Assembly: GCA_040377305.1 (NCBI GenBank)
Contig: JBEIPA010000019.1
Span: 39,961-103,960, forward strand
Length of the DNA: 64,000 nucleotides
Direction of reading: 5' to 3'
Source: Flavobacteriales bacterium
GTDB lineage: Bacteria > Bacteroidota > Bacteroidia > Palsa-965
The notes below the pieces were generated by a model, which worked only from the letters and a program-made list of their open reading frames with translations, did no database searches and was not told the DNA's origin. How positions within the stretch are numbered: position 1 is the first letter of the stretch; the number at the start of each line of letters is the position of its first letter. Below, one piece after another: positions 1 to 9,383 of the stretch. A program made the translations under genes and the position numbers.

Positions 1-1
1 T

Positions 2-1450
2 GAGATCGCTGGATTGAAAGTGCGTCGTATCATCAACGAGCCAACGGCAGCTGCTTTGGCTTATGGTCTCGACAAGAAAAGCCAGGATATGAAAATCGTG
101 GTGTTTGACTGCGGTGGTGGTACGCATGACGTTTCAATTCTCGAATTAGGTGATGGCGTGTTCGAAGTAAAGTCCACTGATGGTGATACACACCTTGGTG
201 GTGACGACTTCGATCAGAAGATCATCGACTGGCTCGTTGCAGAATTCAAATCGGAGAATGGCAACCTCGATCTTTCAAAAGATCCGATGGCGCTTCAACG
301 TTTGAAAGAAGCAGCAGAGAAAGCGAAGATTGAATTGTCTTCATCTGCTTCAACAGAAATCAATCTGCCGTACATCATGCCGGTAGATGGAATTCCAAAA
401 CACTTAGTGCGCACACTTTCACGTGCGAAGTTTGAGCAACTCGTTGACGATTTGATTCGTCGCACAATCGAGCCTTGCAAAACTGCACTCAAGAATTCAG
501 GATATTCAATTGGTGATATCAACGAAGTAATTCTCGTTGGAGGTTCAACACGTATTCCTGCGATTCAGGAAGCGGTTCAGAAGTTCTTCAACAAAGCGCC
601 TTCGAAAGGTGTAAACCCTGATGAAGTTGTTGCAGTAGGTGCAGCGATTCAAGGTGGTGTACTCACCGGAGAAGTGAAAGATGTATTGTTGCTTGATGTA
701 ACTCCGCTTTCACTCGGTATCGAAACATACGGTGGTGTAATGACGAAACTCATCGATGCGAATACAACAATTCCTTCGAAGAAAACAGAAACGTTCTCAA
801 CGGCATCCGATTCTCAACCGAGTGTGGAGATCCACATTCTGCAGGGAGAACGTCCGATGGCAGCGCAGAACAGAACGATTGGTCGTTTCTCACTGGATGG
901 AATTCCACCAGCACCGCGCGGAACACCGCAGATCGAAGTGTCGTTTGACATTGACGCGAACGGAATTCTTCAGGTGTCTGCAAAAGACAAGAACACCGGC
1001 AAGACGCAGAACATCCGCATCGAAGCAAGTTCAGGTCTTTCGAAAGATGAGATTGAAAAAATGAAGCGTGAAGCAGAAGCCAACGCCGATTCGGATAAGA
1101 AACTGAAAGAAGAAGCAGAGTCGCTCAACAAAGCAGACCAGCTCATCTTCCAGACCGAGAAAAACCTGAAAGAGTTCGGCGATAAAATTGCTGTAGATAA
1201 GAAAGAGCCGATTGAAACTGCGCTTGCAGAACTCAAGAAAGTTCACGAAGCGAAAGATATTCCGGCGATAGAACCAGCAGTTGCGAAATTGCAAGGTGTG
1301 TTGCAGGGAATGTATGAGGCGATGCAGAATGCGCAACAACAACCGGGCGCTGATGGTCAGCAAGGAAATCCGCAAGGAGGAGAAGAAAAGAAAGGTGACG
1401 GAGAAGTGCAGGATGTGGATTTTGAAGAGGTGAAGGATGAGAAGAAGTAA
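2..1450 (+). CDS. dnaK: Molecular chaperone DnaK (Hsp70), 5'-truncated by the window edge
   Basis: Motifs [48 protein letters not shown]; the frame is open from position 2. Confidence 0.98.
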   Translation, partial: EIAGLKVRRIINEPTAAALAYGLDKKSQDMKIVVFDCGGGTHDVSILELGDGVFEVKSTDGDTHLGGDDFDQKIIDWLVAEFKSENGNLDLSKDPMALQRLKEAAEKAKIELSSSASTEINLPYIMPVDGIPKHLVRTLSRAKFEQLVDDLIRRTIEPCKTALKNSGYSIGDINEVILVGGSTRIPAIQEAVQKFFNKAPSKGVNPDEVVAVGAAIQGGVLTGEVKDVLLLDVTPLSLGIETYGGVMTKLIDANTTIPSKKTETFSTASDSQPSVEIHILQGERPMAAQNRTIGRFSLDGIPPAPRGTPQIEVSFDIDANGILQVSAKDKNTGKTQNIRIEASSGLSKDEIEKMKREAEANADSDKKLKEEAESLNKADQLIFQTEKNLKEFGDKIAVDKKEPIETALAELKKVHEAKDIPAIEPAVAKLQGVLQGMYEAMQNAQQQPGADGQQGNPQGGEEKKGDGEVQDVDFEEVKDEKK

Positions 1451-1472
1451 CCCTTCGACTCCGCTCAGGATA
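1451..1472. repeat. REP-like palindromic unit CCCTTCGACTCCGCTCAGGAT directly after the dnaK stop
   Basis: Same core as the copies at 3245-3346 and 3991-4328. Confidence 0.7.
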
Positions 1473-1473
1473 A

Positions 1474-1506
1474 ATCTGCTAATGTGCTAATTGGTTAATG
1501 TGCTAA
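1474..1506. repeat. Degenerate octamer tandem repeat (TGCTAATG-like)
   Basis: atctgcta-atgtgcta-attggtta-atgtgcta; same unit as 57288-57410 and 63696-63924. Confidence 0.7.
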
Positions 1507-1550
1507 ATGCGCGAAGCCGGGCATAAAAGTGAAGAGTGAAATAAGTGAAG

Positions 1551-1590
1551 ACCGCTACTGTGAGATGGAATCGAACGGTGGCGGTTTTTT
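1551..1590 (+). terminator. Probable intrinsic terminator of dnaK
   Basis: Stem ACCGCTACTGT / ACGGTGGCGGT (with G-U pairs) followed by a T-run. Confidence 0.65.
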
Positions 1591-1636
1591 ACTGGTACGA
1601 AACAAAAACGCTGTAGAAGCTCAAATCAATTCCAAT

Positions 1637-2263
1637 ATGAATGATCAATCAGTTAACGCAATCGACATACTCAATGGTGTCGACGCATTTTATCAATCGG
1701 CGTGGGACAAACTTCTAATCGTCGGCACTGTCTCATTTGCGGTAATCGGAATCCTAGTTCCATTCATGATACAGTGGTATCAAAGAAAAACAATGAAAAT
1801 CAGTGAGGAGTTGTTGAAAAAGGAATTAGCCCAACAGACAACGAATTCAAAAGAAGAAATACTCAAGGAACTTACAGCGATTCTCGACGAAAGAATAAAA
1901 ACATTTGAAACAAAAATGGAACGACTCAATGCATCGGCTGAAGCCAAAGTATTTCATGTGCAAGGTACCGGTCACCTAAAAGAAGGGCTTTGGGGACATG
2001 CAATTGTGGACTATGTTAGTGCAGGACATTCATACCTAGCCTGTGACGATTTCTTTAATCTACGTCGCATTATTAATACAATTAATGACAGTTGTATTGA
2101 CAAAGTATCGCTCGATGACTTAAATGATTTAAAAACTTCCAGTAATCTTGACCTCGCATACTTCTTGGATGAAATTGAAAAATTTGATGAAAAATATGTA
2201 TTTACAGATGCGGTACGCGGAATAAGATTAAAAATCAGTAAGAAATCGAAGATACCATCTTAA
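1637..2263 (+). CDS. Hypothetical protein: single TM helix, coiled coil and TPR-like helical C-terminus
   Basis: AT-rich ORF; hydrophobic segment LLIVGTVSFAVIGILVPFMI; ATG 1637 preferred because the longer start overlaps the terminator. Confidence 0.7.
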   Translation: MNDQSVNAIDILNGVDAFYQSAWDKLLIVGTVSFAVIGILVPFMIQWYQRKTMKISEELLKKELAQQTTNSKEEILKELTAILDERIKTFETKMERLNASAEAKVFHVQGTGHLKEGLWGHAIVDYVSAGHSYLACDDFFNLRRIINTINDSCIDKVSLDDLNDLKTSSNLDLAYFLDEIEKFDEKYVFTDAVRGIRLKISKKSKIPS

Positions 2264-2351
2264 TCATCCACGCAAAGTGATTCCACGAAGTGCGAGAATC
2301 CGGATTTTCTGTCAACCCCAACCAGATATTAAGATCCAATAAATAAGTTTC

Positions 2352-3131
2352 ATGACTGACCTCCGAAAATCCATCAACTCGATTCTCTATGAGCGAGCAA
2401 CCAGTCCACTCTTTGGAACATTTGTTCTTACATGGTTAATTTGGAATTGGAAGATTGTGTATTTGACATTTTTTGTTTCTGAGAATAAATTGGAAATAAA
2501 CAAAGTGGAATATATTCTCCAAAACTACACAGATGTTGGTCACCTCGTAATTGGTCCATTAATTTCAACGGTTGTTCTGATTCTTTTGGTTCCATTCGCA
2601 TCAAATGGAGCCTATTGGATATCTATTAAATTCGATAAATGGAAATTGGATAAGAAAAATGATGTTGAAAAAAAGAAGTTGCTTACAATAGAACAATCAC
2701 TTACTCTGCGACAAGCTATACAAGATCAAGCGAAAAATTTTGATGACCTCCTTGAAAACAAAAATCAGGAAATTGTTTTACTTCGTAAGCAGGTCGCAAA
2801 TTTGGAATCGCAAGCCTTAAATGCCAATTCTCAGAATTCTAATGGAAATACAAGATTAGATTGGGACAATGAATATGAAGAACTCAAGAAAGTACCAGGC
2901 ATGATTAAGGTGTTTGATGATATTGCTAAGGCGATTCAACGTGTCTCCTATATGCAGGAAGCATTGAGCATGGCGGGCATCAAACCTGAACATGCAAACA
3001 ATGTAATAAACTACTATGTGGGAAATGATTTAATTGAGCAGCGTGGTAATCAAGACATATACCAATGGACTATAAAAGGCAAACATTTTCTGAAGCGCCA
3101 TGTGAATGAAAGGTTCGTGTCAGAGAAGTAA
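2352..3131 (+). CDS. Hypothetical membrane protein: 2 TM, coiled coil, possible C-terminal winged helix
   Basis: 259-aa AT-rich ORF; ERATSPLFGTFVLTWLIWNW TM segment; C-terminal DLIE...YQWTIKGKHFL resembles a wHTH wing. Confidence 0.75.
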   Translation: MTDLRKSINSILYERATSPLFGTFVLTWLIWNWKIVYLTFFVSENKLEINKVEYILQNYTDVGHLVIGPLISTVVLILLVPFASNGAYWISIKFDKWKLDKKNDVEKKKLLTIEQSLTLRQAIQDQAKNFDDLLENKNQEIVLLRKQVANLESQALNANSQNSNGNTRLDWDNEYEELKKVPGMIKVFDDIAKAIQRVSYMQEALSMAGIKPEHANNVINYYVGNDLIEQRGNQDIYQWTIKGKHFLKRHVNERFVSEK

Positions 3132-3244
3132 CTATTTTTAATTCAATTGAGGCCACATTTATTTTCCAATAAAAACTTCATTTAGAATTGCAACATGGCT
3201 ATCCGCAAGAAAGCACACATGCTCTCGCAGTTCTCGTCCGTCAT

Positions 3245-3346
3245 CCATCGACTCCGTTCAGTCTGACATTGTACCACGGATAACCGCCGTGAATTCGATT
3301 CATCTGCTTTGTCGCCCTTAGGCTACGCTCAGTCTGACAATGTACC
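3245..3346. repeat. Two degenerate REP-like copies (..CGACTCCGTTCAGTCTGACA / ..GGCTACGCTCAGTCTGACAATGTACC)
   Basis: Direct copies about 71 bp apart, matching the 3991-4328 unit. Confidence 0.65.
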
Positions 3347-3395
3347 CAAATGAGAATCTGGCTTGTTGCTTGAGACCAGTTTGCTAAATTGCATT

Positions 3396-3944
3396 GTGAA
3401 CGCTGAACTTCTTGGAGTAGCTCCTCCTTCTGGTGAATTTCCTGAGTATCATTTCGGCGAGCACTTTGATTCGTGGTTGTGGGTGAAGTTCATGTCAAAT
3501 GAAGGTGAGGAATGGGTTGGATGTTTTGCAAAAGGAAATGATGGTGTAAAGTCGCATGTTGCATACAACAGCGCCGGCTCACGCGTATTCGTTGCCGCGG
3601 GTGGAAATGGTTATTTACTAGACACCCTTGAACGTAAACTAATCCTGCAGACGGAAGAATATCCTTTGATACAAAGCTGCATTGCTACGCAGAACCCAAA
3701 CTATTTCATAGCTAGTACTTACTTTTCGTTTTACGTGATTCGTGAAGATGATAGTTTGTTGGAAATCCGACCGGAATTTATGGTCGACGGCATTCGTATC
3801 AAAGAACAAGTGGGAAATAAAGTGATTGGAGAAGTGGAGACTGCAGAGAACCAGTATGAGAAGCCGGTTCCATTTGAGTTTGATTTGATAACGTTCCAGA
3901 CAGAATTGAAGCATCCTAGAACTTTCTGGTCGTTTTTGAAATGA
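3396..3944 (+). CDS. Hypothetical protein (beta-rich, acidic)
   Basis: Uninterrupted ORF; GTG 3396 follows a TAAATTGC promoter-like box; alternative TTG start at 3363. Confidence 0.7.
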   Translation: MNAELLGVAPPSGEFPEYHFGEHFDSWLWVKFMSNEGEEWVGCFAKGNDGVKSHVAYNSAGSRVFVAAGGNGYLLDTLERKLILQTEEYPLIQSCIATQNPNYFIASTYFSFYVIREDDSLLEIRPEFMVDGIRIKEQVGNKVIGEVETAENQYEKPVPFEFDLITFQTELKHPRTFWSFLK

Positions 3945-3990
3945 GATCCGGCAATTTCAGTGTAACACCTGCGGAGAATTTCGACTCGTC

Positions 3991-4328
3991 TGCTTGTCCG
4001 CCTTCGGCTACGCGCATCCCGATAGCTATCAGTCTGACAAACCGTATATATCCTGACCGCGATGTTGTTGCATTCCTTGTCATACTGAGCGTAGTCGAAG
4101 GATGATGGAGAAAGAAGCTGTGCGTTGAGGAATGAAACGGCAACCTCGTGCTTGTCCGCCTTCGACGCAGCTCAGTCTGACAAACCGTATATATCCTGAC
4201 CGCGATGTTGTTGCATTCCTTGTCATACTGAGCGTAGTCGAAGGATGATGGAGAAAGAAGCTGGGTCGCAGGAGGAATGAAACGGCAACCTCGTGCTTGT
4301 CCGCCTTCGACTCCGCTCAGTCTGACAA
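3991..4328. repeat. BIME-like tandem array: about 2.3 copies of a ~145-bp unit, each with inverted REP-like halves
   Basis: Unit starts TGCTTGTCCGCCTTCG at 3991, 4149 and 4294; CCTTCGACnnCGCTCAGTCTGACAA pairs with TTGTCATACTGAGCGTAGTCGAAGG; linkers nearly identical. Confidence 0.9.
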
Positions 4329-4458
4329 TGTGCCTGGAACGAGACGAGGGTAAATCATAAAGGCTTGGAACAATTCAAACCGATCAGTCTAAGAAATTTG
4401 ATTGGCCGAAATTGCACACATCCCGAGCGGAGACAAAGAGAATTGTACTTTAGCAGTA

Positions 4459-5025
4459 ATGAATTTGCTCTCACGGCACAAGCAACTTATTCCTGTCCTG
4501 ATTCTCACACTTCTGAGCATCTGGACTGCTTTCAGAATTATTTTCACCAAAACTGTGGTTGGCGATACTGTCACCACTTACGATTTCATTCCAGCACACT
4601 ACTTCGGATTTATCGCTGTTGCCGTGTGCATCTTCACGTATTTCGTTTTCAGAAAAGCGTACAAAGTTGTGCTGGGTGCGACGTTGGTACTGGGCATATT
4701 TTCTGTGCTCATTTTTACACTATCAGCGCATATTTTTGAATTAGGCATGGGTGCACTTGCCGTATCATTTGAACCGTTCTCGTTTTGCGTCTCATTGCTC
4801 GTAGTCGCGTTGAATGGGAACCGGATTTCTGAAATGATACGAAAGAATTTTCCCGCGAAAACTCAGGAAACCATCAAAGATGAATTTGAAAGTGATCTTC
4901 GCAAGTACAAAGCACAGTACCGACATTCTTCCAGTGAAGAACTGCAGAAAGTGGTGAATGATGCGCGTTTCAAACCGGGTGCGATTGAGGCGGCGAGACA
5001 GGTGTTGAAAGAGCGCGTTAAGTAA
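4459..5025 (+). CDS. Hypothetical membrane protein (about 4 TM plus short helical C-terminus)
   Basis: Four hydrophobic segments; ATG 4459 preferred over TTG 4402. Confidence 0.75.
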   Translation: MNLLSRHKQLIPVLILTLLSIWTAFRIIFTKTVVGDTVTTYDFIPAHYFGFIAVAVCIFTYFVFRKAYKVVLGATLVLGIFSVLIFTLSAHIFELGMGALAVSFEPFSFCVSLLVVALNGNRISEMIRKNFPAKTQETIKDEFESDLRKYKAQYRHSSSEELQKVVNDARFKPGAIEAARQVLKERVK

Positions 5026-5050
5026 CTCGTTTCGTACTTTCATATCGTCA

Positions 5051-5518
5051 ATGGAAACAAAACTTTACACCGATTTCTCTAACGACACTGCACTCCGATC
5101 TTTGATCGAAGAGTACATCTCCTCCCTCCCCTTCCCCATCGACTACCAAAGTCCCGAAAAAGAACTTGAGGATTTAGGAGCCGTGTACGGAGAAGCTGGC
5201 GGTGGTGCACTTTTCGTTGCGCATGTTGGCAATGAATATGCAGGCTGTGTTGCACTGAAAGACATCGGCGATGGTCGTTGTGAAATGAAACGGCTTTATG
5301 TGCGGGAAAAATATCGCGGACAAAATCTCGGAAGAAGACTCGCAGAACAAATTGTAGCGCGCGCTAAAGAAATGGGATACAACTTCATGTATCTCGACAC
5401 GCATCGGGAGGCACAAAAAGTGGCGATTGAAATGTATAAGAAGATGGGATTCATCGAATGCGCAGACTATCACCTTAACCCGGGAAATCTACTGTGCCTC
5501 GAATTTGACTTAAGGTAA
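5051..5518 (+). CDS. GNAT family N-acetyltransferase
   Basis: GCVALK, CEMKRLYV, acetyl-CoA loop YRGQNLGRRL, AIEMYKKMGF. Confidence 0.93.
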   Translation: METKLYTDFSNDTALRSLIEEYISSLPFPIDYQSPEKELEDLGAVYGEAGGGALFVAHVGNEYAGCVALKDIGDGRCEMKRLYVREKYRGQNLGRRLAEQIVARAKEMGYNFMYLDTHREAQKVAIEMYKKMGFIECADYHLNPGNLLCLEFDLR

Positions 5519-5519
5519 T

Positions 5520-5594
5520 AACACCACGGCTACCGTCATCGCGATCCCGATAGCTATCGGGAGAAGCGATCCCACAAGGCGGAAACGTGGTGTT
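5520..5594. repeat. Palindromic REP-like element containing the perfect 18-bp palindrome TCCCGATAGCTATCGGGA
   Basis: Outer stem AACACCACG / CGTGGTGTT; palindrome at 5545-5562 inside GTCATCGCGA...GAAGCGATCC. Confidence 0.7.
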
Positions 5595-5665
5595 ACGAAA
5601 CGTTGAGCGGTCAACCGAGCCGTGGTGTCTCAATGACGTTCACCGCTTTTGTAGTATATTCGGGT

Positions 5666-6271
5666 ATGTCTTCTCAAGCCCGAAACAATAAAATCGCCTC
5701 CATCATCGCTGGCGTGTTCTTTCTACTCGTATCTGCAGCACTTTTCTACGTCACATTTTCTCTTCGCTCAGAAGCGCAGGGACGTGATTTGAAAGTTGGT
5801 TTACAGGAACTCGCTACCGGACAAGTTACTTACGGAGATTATCTCGTGGTTGAAGACACAGGTGCTGTTATTTCAGCAGCGGCCAATATTTCAGATGAAA
5901 CCGGAAAGCCTGTTGGATACGCGTTCATGTTGAATGGTATGACGAATTATGTTTTCCTGGTTGGACTCGCAGAACAACTGGAAGACACGCTTGGGAATCC
6001 TATTACGAAGATTGGTCCGGGAGTGATGATGCCGACAGCTTTCTATGCGCGCGTGAATACACAGAGTGAGCCAGGTCCGATTGGTGCAGAAGATTTCGCG
6101 ATACAAAACGGATTGAGCACGGGACAACAGTTTTTTGTTTTGCAGACCGGAGTGACGAAAGGTGATACAACCGTGCCGTTTATCCTGACGCTTGCATTTG
6201 GGATAATTGGAGTTATTTTCTCGATTGGTAGTTGGTGGGGATTGGTGAAGAAAAATAAGGCTACAAAGTAG
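5666..6271 (+). CDS. Hypothetical membrane protein (N- and C-terminal TM flanking a soluble domain)
   Basis: TM IASIIAGVFFLLVSAALFYV and PFILTLAFGIIGVIFSIGSW; ATG 5666 follows a TATATTCG box. Confidence 0.75.
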   Translation: MSSQARNNKIASIIAGVFFLLVSAALFYVTFSLRSEAQGRDLKVGLQELATGQVTYGDYLVVEDTGAVISAAANISDETGKPVGYAFMLNGMTNYVFLVGLAEQLEDTLGNPITKIGPGVMMPTAFYARVNTQSEPGPIGAEDFAIQNGLSTGQQFFVLQTGVTKGDTTVPFILTLAFGIIGVIFSIGSWWGLVKKNKATK

Positions 6272-6375
6272 AACGCGAACTTCACGTCTTAAACACACTT
6301 TTGAATTTCTATCGCAGAGGCAACGCAGAGAAGTTTATGGAAAACTAAGCATACAGGCATCTTAAAACCGAACGT

Positions 6376-6690
6376 ATGAACTACCAACAACCCTATTACG
6401 ATCCGAACCAGCAATCACCAGACTCTAAACAGGAGAAGGTGAATTCCATCTGGAAGATTTTTGCAGCCGTATATGTGCTTGCGGCATTGGGATTAGTTTT
6501 TTACTGGGAATTCTACAATTCCGGACTGTGTGTGATGGTACGCGAATGGCAGGGCTACCTGATGGACGACGGATATTATCCGGCTTTGGATATTCTCTTA
6601 AGCTTGCTGATGCTCCTGGTACCGTTGTTTGTGGCGAAATTTATTGTGGAGAAGGTGACTGGCGTGAAAATTGAAGGGTACCGGAAATAA
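6376..6690 (+). CDS. Small hypothetical membrane protein (2 TM)
   Basis: 104-aa ORF with two hydrophobic helices and a Q/P-rich N-terminus. Confidence 0.7.
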   Translation: MNYQQPYYDPNQQSPDSKQEKVNSIWKIFAAVYVLAALGLVFYWEFYNSGLCVMVREWQGYLMDDGYYPALDILLSLLMLLVPLFVAKFIVEKVTGVKIEGYRK

Positions 6691-6721
6691 CCGTCGAATG
6701 TCAGCGATGCAAAGAAAATAT

Positions 6722-7423
6722 ATGAACCGTCTATTATTTACCATTGTTTTAATCTTCGCATCCCTTTCGGGTGAATTAGTTGCCCAGCAGAGCAATCTGT
6801 CCACCAATGTTCCGGCATTACGCAAGCAAGTATTCAGTGAATACACGCCACTGGCAGACGTAAGAACATACGCGTTTGACACGTCTGCCCTAATTGCTTT
6901 CTCGAATGGATTTCTTGTTTCGAAAGAAGAGTTCATGCACGCGTTTAATGCTGCTCCAAGAAGAGATTCATCGCTGGCAACGAAAACGAAATATCTGGAT
7001 GAATATATCCTGAATCATCAGCGCATGTTTGAAGCGTTTGAGATGAACCTCGACACGTCGAAAGATTTCCAGCTAAACTTTCTCTTGTTCAAGCAGGAAC
7101 TGATTACTCCTTATCTCAATGAAGGCAAGTCGCGCGTGGAAGCTGAGGCATTGCCGGAAGTGAAGTATTCATTGCGCGAAAAGTACGAGAAGATGATTCT
7201 GAAAGAACTGATGCGACGTGAAGTGTGGTCGAAAGCGAATGATGAAGGAGATCAGAAAACGTTCTTCTATTCACATCCGGAGTTGTACCAGGGACAACCA
7301 TTCGAGATTTCGAAGACGAAAGTGGTGTTTGATTATCAGAAGGAATTGGAGTCAGCATTAAATGCTCGAGTGCAGAGCAAATTTGCTTTTGCGAAGAACG
7401 ACAAACTTGTCAGAGAACTTTAA
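6722..7423 (+). CDS. Exported SurA/PpiC-like chaperone-core protein lacking rotamase domains
   Basis: Signal peptide; VSKEEF...YLDEYI...EAFEMNLDTSKDF...QELITPYL and EVWSKA...KVVFDYQKELE resemble the N- and C-terminal parts of Bacteroidota SurA-like PPIases. Confidence 0.6.
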   Translation: MNRLLFTIVLIFASLSGELVAQQSNLSTNVPALRKQVFSEYTPLADVRTYAFDTSALIAFSNGFLVSKEEFMHAFNAAPRRDSSLATKTKYLDEYILNHQRMFEAFEMNLDTSKDFQLNFLLFKQELITPYLNEGKSRVEAEALPEVKYSLREKYEKMILKELMRREVWSKANDEGDQKTFFYSHPELYQGQPFEISKTKVVFDYQKELESALNARVQSKFAFAKNDKLVREL

Positions 7424-7469
7424 TTGTCATTGTCATCCTCGGGCTGAAACCGCGCGCTGGACCAATCTC

Positions 7470-9383
7470 CTATTCCACTACAATCTTCTGCACTCCCGAA
7501 CGGGTTCCATCCTCATCAGAAACATTCAGAACGTAGACACCAGGTGCAAGTGCGGAAACATCAATTGTGCTCGCGCCATTCGAAACCAGTTGGGTGAGAA
7601 CAGTTCTTCCTGAAAGATCGATGAGGTTAGCGTTGAATTGTTTGTTTGCATCGAGCCCTGCGATCGTAATCTGATCTGTTGCCGGATTCGGAAACACAGC
7701 AAGCGATGACAAGGAATTCGTTTCCCCAACACCCGTTGTGTAGTAGGCATCAAACACCGGACGCATCATCAATGAACCTGCGAATACAGACGTGTACCAA
7801 ACTCCAGACGTATTGTAATAAATTTTATCCTGCTGATTGTTTTCCAAATCCATTCCGATGTACAATCGATCACTTGCATCCTGCTGCCATCCTATGTAAA
7901 ACGTTCCGCTCAGAGCAACAATTCCACTATCGATGGTGTAGTGCATAAAACGGTTCGGGCAATCCAAAGAGTAATCCGGAGTTTCGTTACGCTGCTGGTA
8001 TATAATTTGTCCCGGACCGTTGTTCGCTGTGCTGTGATTCCAAACCGTGAGACGGAATGTACGCAAGTCAATATTGTCTATATCCAACACGGGAAGGAAA
8101 TACATCTGCACAGAAGTCAGCGTATCGAATACACCAACGGGTAAATCGAAACGATAAGCAAGCAATGAACCCGGACCGAAAATGCCGTAACCAACTTCGG
8201 CTGTACCATCATCATCGTATGCATATTGATTGTAGAATCGTTGGTAATAGTAAGCCGTGTCTTCTGCATTTGGACTTACTGAATTACCCAGTTTCAGACG
8301 ATGACGGATCGTGTAGAATCCTGTGTCGGTAAGTTGAGCGTATGGATAACCCGTCGTCACATTCGTTATGCTCGGATCATCGGCGTACATTCCTGTCGCT
8401 CCAAATGGATCAATGTTTCCATCAGTGCCGGTGTCCGTCAACACCAAACCGTTGACCGGATGATAAATATCCACGAAGTAAGTTGCCTGTCTTTGGTCAG
8501 TATCGTTGTTGCGAATCGTCATTCGATAGCTATTACCCATCAATCCGTTGGATGTGGTATAATGATCGTAAGGAACCTGTTGGAAATCGTTCAACAAGCT
8601 AGGGAAGTTGTATGTAAAAAATACTCCCGCAGGCAACAGTGTATCAAACACAGAAGACTGATTATCCATTTTCACTTCGTCAATGTGCCAGTGGTCATTG
8701 CTTCCGCAACCCGATGCCCAATTCTTGAAACGAAAACGGAATCCATTCGTGAAATAAGAAGCACTGTCCAACATGAATTGTGCAAGGTGGAAGGTTGAGT
8801 CAGTTCCTTGCGGATTGTAGCCTTCCATGAACCAAACTGTTTTCCAATTTTCCTGTGTTGAATTCCACGCAGGAATATTTATCTGGAGCAACAACGTGTC
8901 GTTCTGATTCGGAGCGTATCCTCTGCCCTGCGCTTCCCACCAGAAACTGATCATGACAGAATCTGTCGGATCAAAATTCGAAAGGTTAATTGCTTTGCTC
9001 GTCAGTTCATCACAAGGCATTGAAGAATTCACCGAAGAAAGAATGTCGTACGGTTGACCAGCCCAATTCAATCCGTCGAACGTACACACGCCAAGATTCA
9101 CCGGTGCAGTTGCCCAACCGCGATTTACATAAACACCCGGCTGCAATCCCATATCCCACATGATTGTATCCGGACGATGCGAATCATACATGAAGTTATC
9201 GCGCAATCCTTGTGCAGTGAACATAATGGTGTCCTGCACAGTTACCGGTGCAGACTGGCGAGCACGAGCACGCGCATCATCAGCCAACGGACCAAGTGAT
9301 GTGAGTGGAGACAATAGTTCCTGCGCTCCCGCAGATAGAAGAATTAAAAATGCACTCGCTGTAAATACTAATTTCTTACTCAT
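7470..9383 (-). CDS. T9SS type A sorting domain-containing protein
   Basis: Signal peptide; C-terminal VFPNPATDQITI...IDLSGR...LAPGVYVLNV...QKIVVE. Confidence 0.9.
   Translation of the reverse strand: MSKKLVFTASAFLILLSAGAQELLSPLTSLGPLADDARARARQSAPVTVQDTIMFTAQGLRDNFMYDSHRPDTIMWDMGLQPGVYVNRGWATAPVNLGVCTFDGLNWAGQPYDILSSVNSSMPCDELTSKAINLSNFDPTDSVMISFWWEAQGRGYAPNQNDTLLLQINIPAWNSTQENWKTVWFMEGYNPQGTDSTFHLAQFMLDSASYFTNGFRFRFKNWASGCGSNDHWHIDEVKMDNQSSVFDTLLPAGVFFTYNFPSLLNDFQQVPYDHYTTSNGLMGNSYRMTIRNNDTDQRQATYFVDIYHPVNGLVLTDTGTDGNIDPFGATGMYADDPSITNVTTGYPYAQLTDTGFYTIRHRLKLGNSVSPNAEDTAYYYQRFYNQYAYDDDGTAEVGYGIFGPGSLLAYRFDLPVGVFDTLTSVQMYFLPVLDIDNIDLRTFRLTVWNHSTANNGPGQIIYQQRNETPDYSLDCPNRFMHYTIDSGIVALSGTFYIGWQQDASDRLYIGMDLENNQQDKIYYNTSGVWYTSVFAGSLMMRPVFDAYYTTGVGETNSLSSLAVFPNPATDQITIAGLDANKQFNANLIDLSGRTVLTQLVSNGASTIDVSALAPGVYVLNVSDEDGTRSGVQKIVVE

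Noticed and set aside
2-1590. dnaK without downstream dnaJ/grpE
   Set aside because: A separately located dnaK is ordinary in Bacteroidota, and the upstream context is outside the window
1529-1636. Longer GTG start for the first hypothetical gene
   Set aside because: It runs through the dnaK terminator hairpin; ATG 1637 is more plausible
3916-4143. 75-aa minus-strand ORF
   Set aside because: It is a translation of the REP/BIME array
3991-4328. Possible CRISPR array
   Set aside because: The sequences between the palindromes are near-identical rather than unique spacers, the period is ~145 bp, and no cas genes are present
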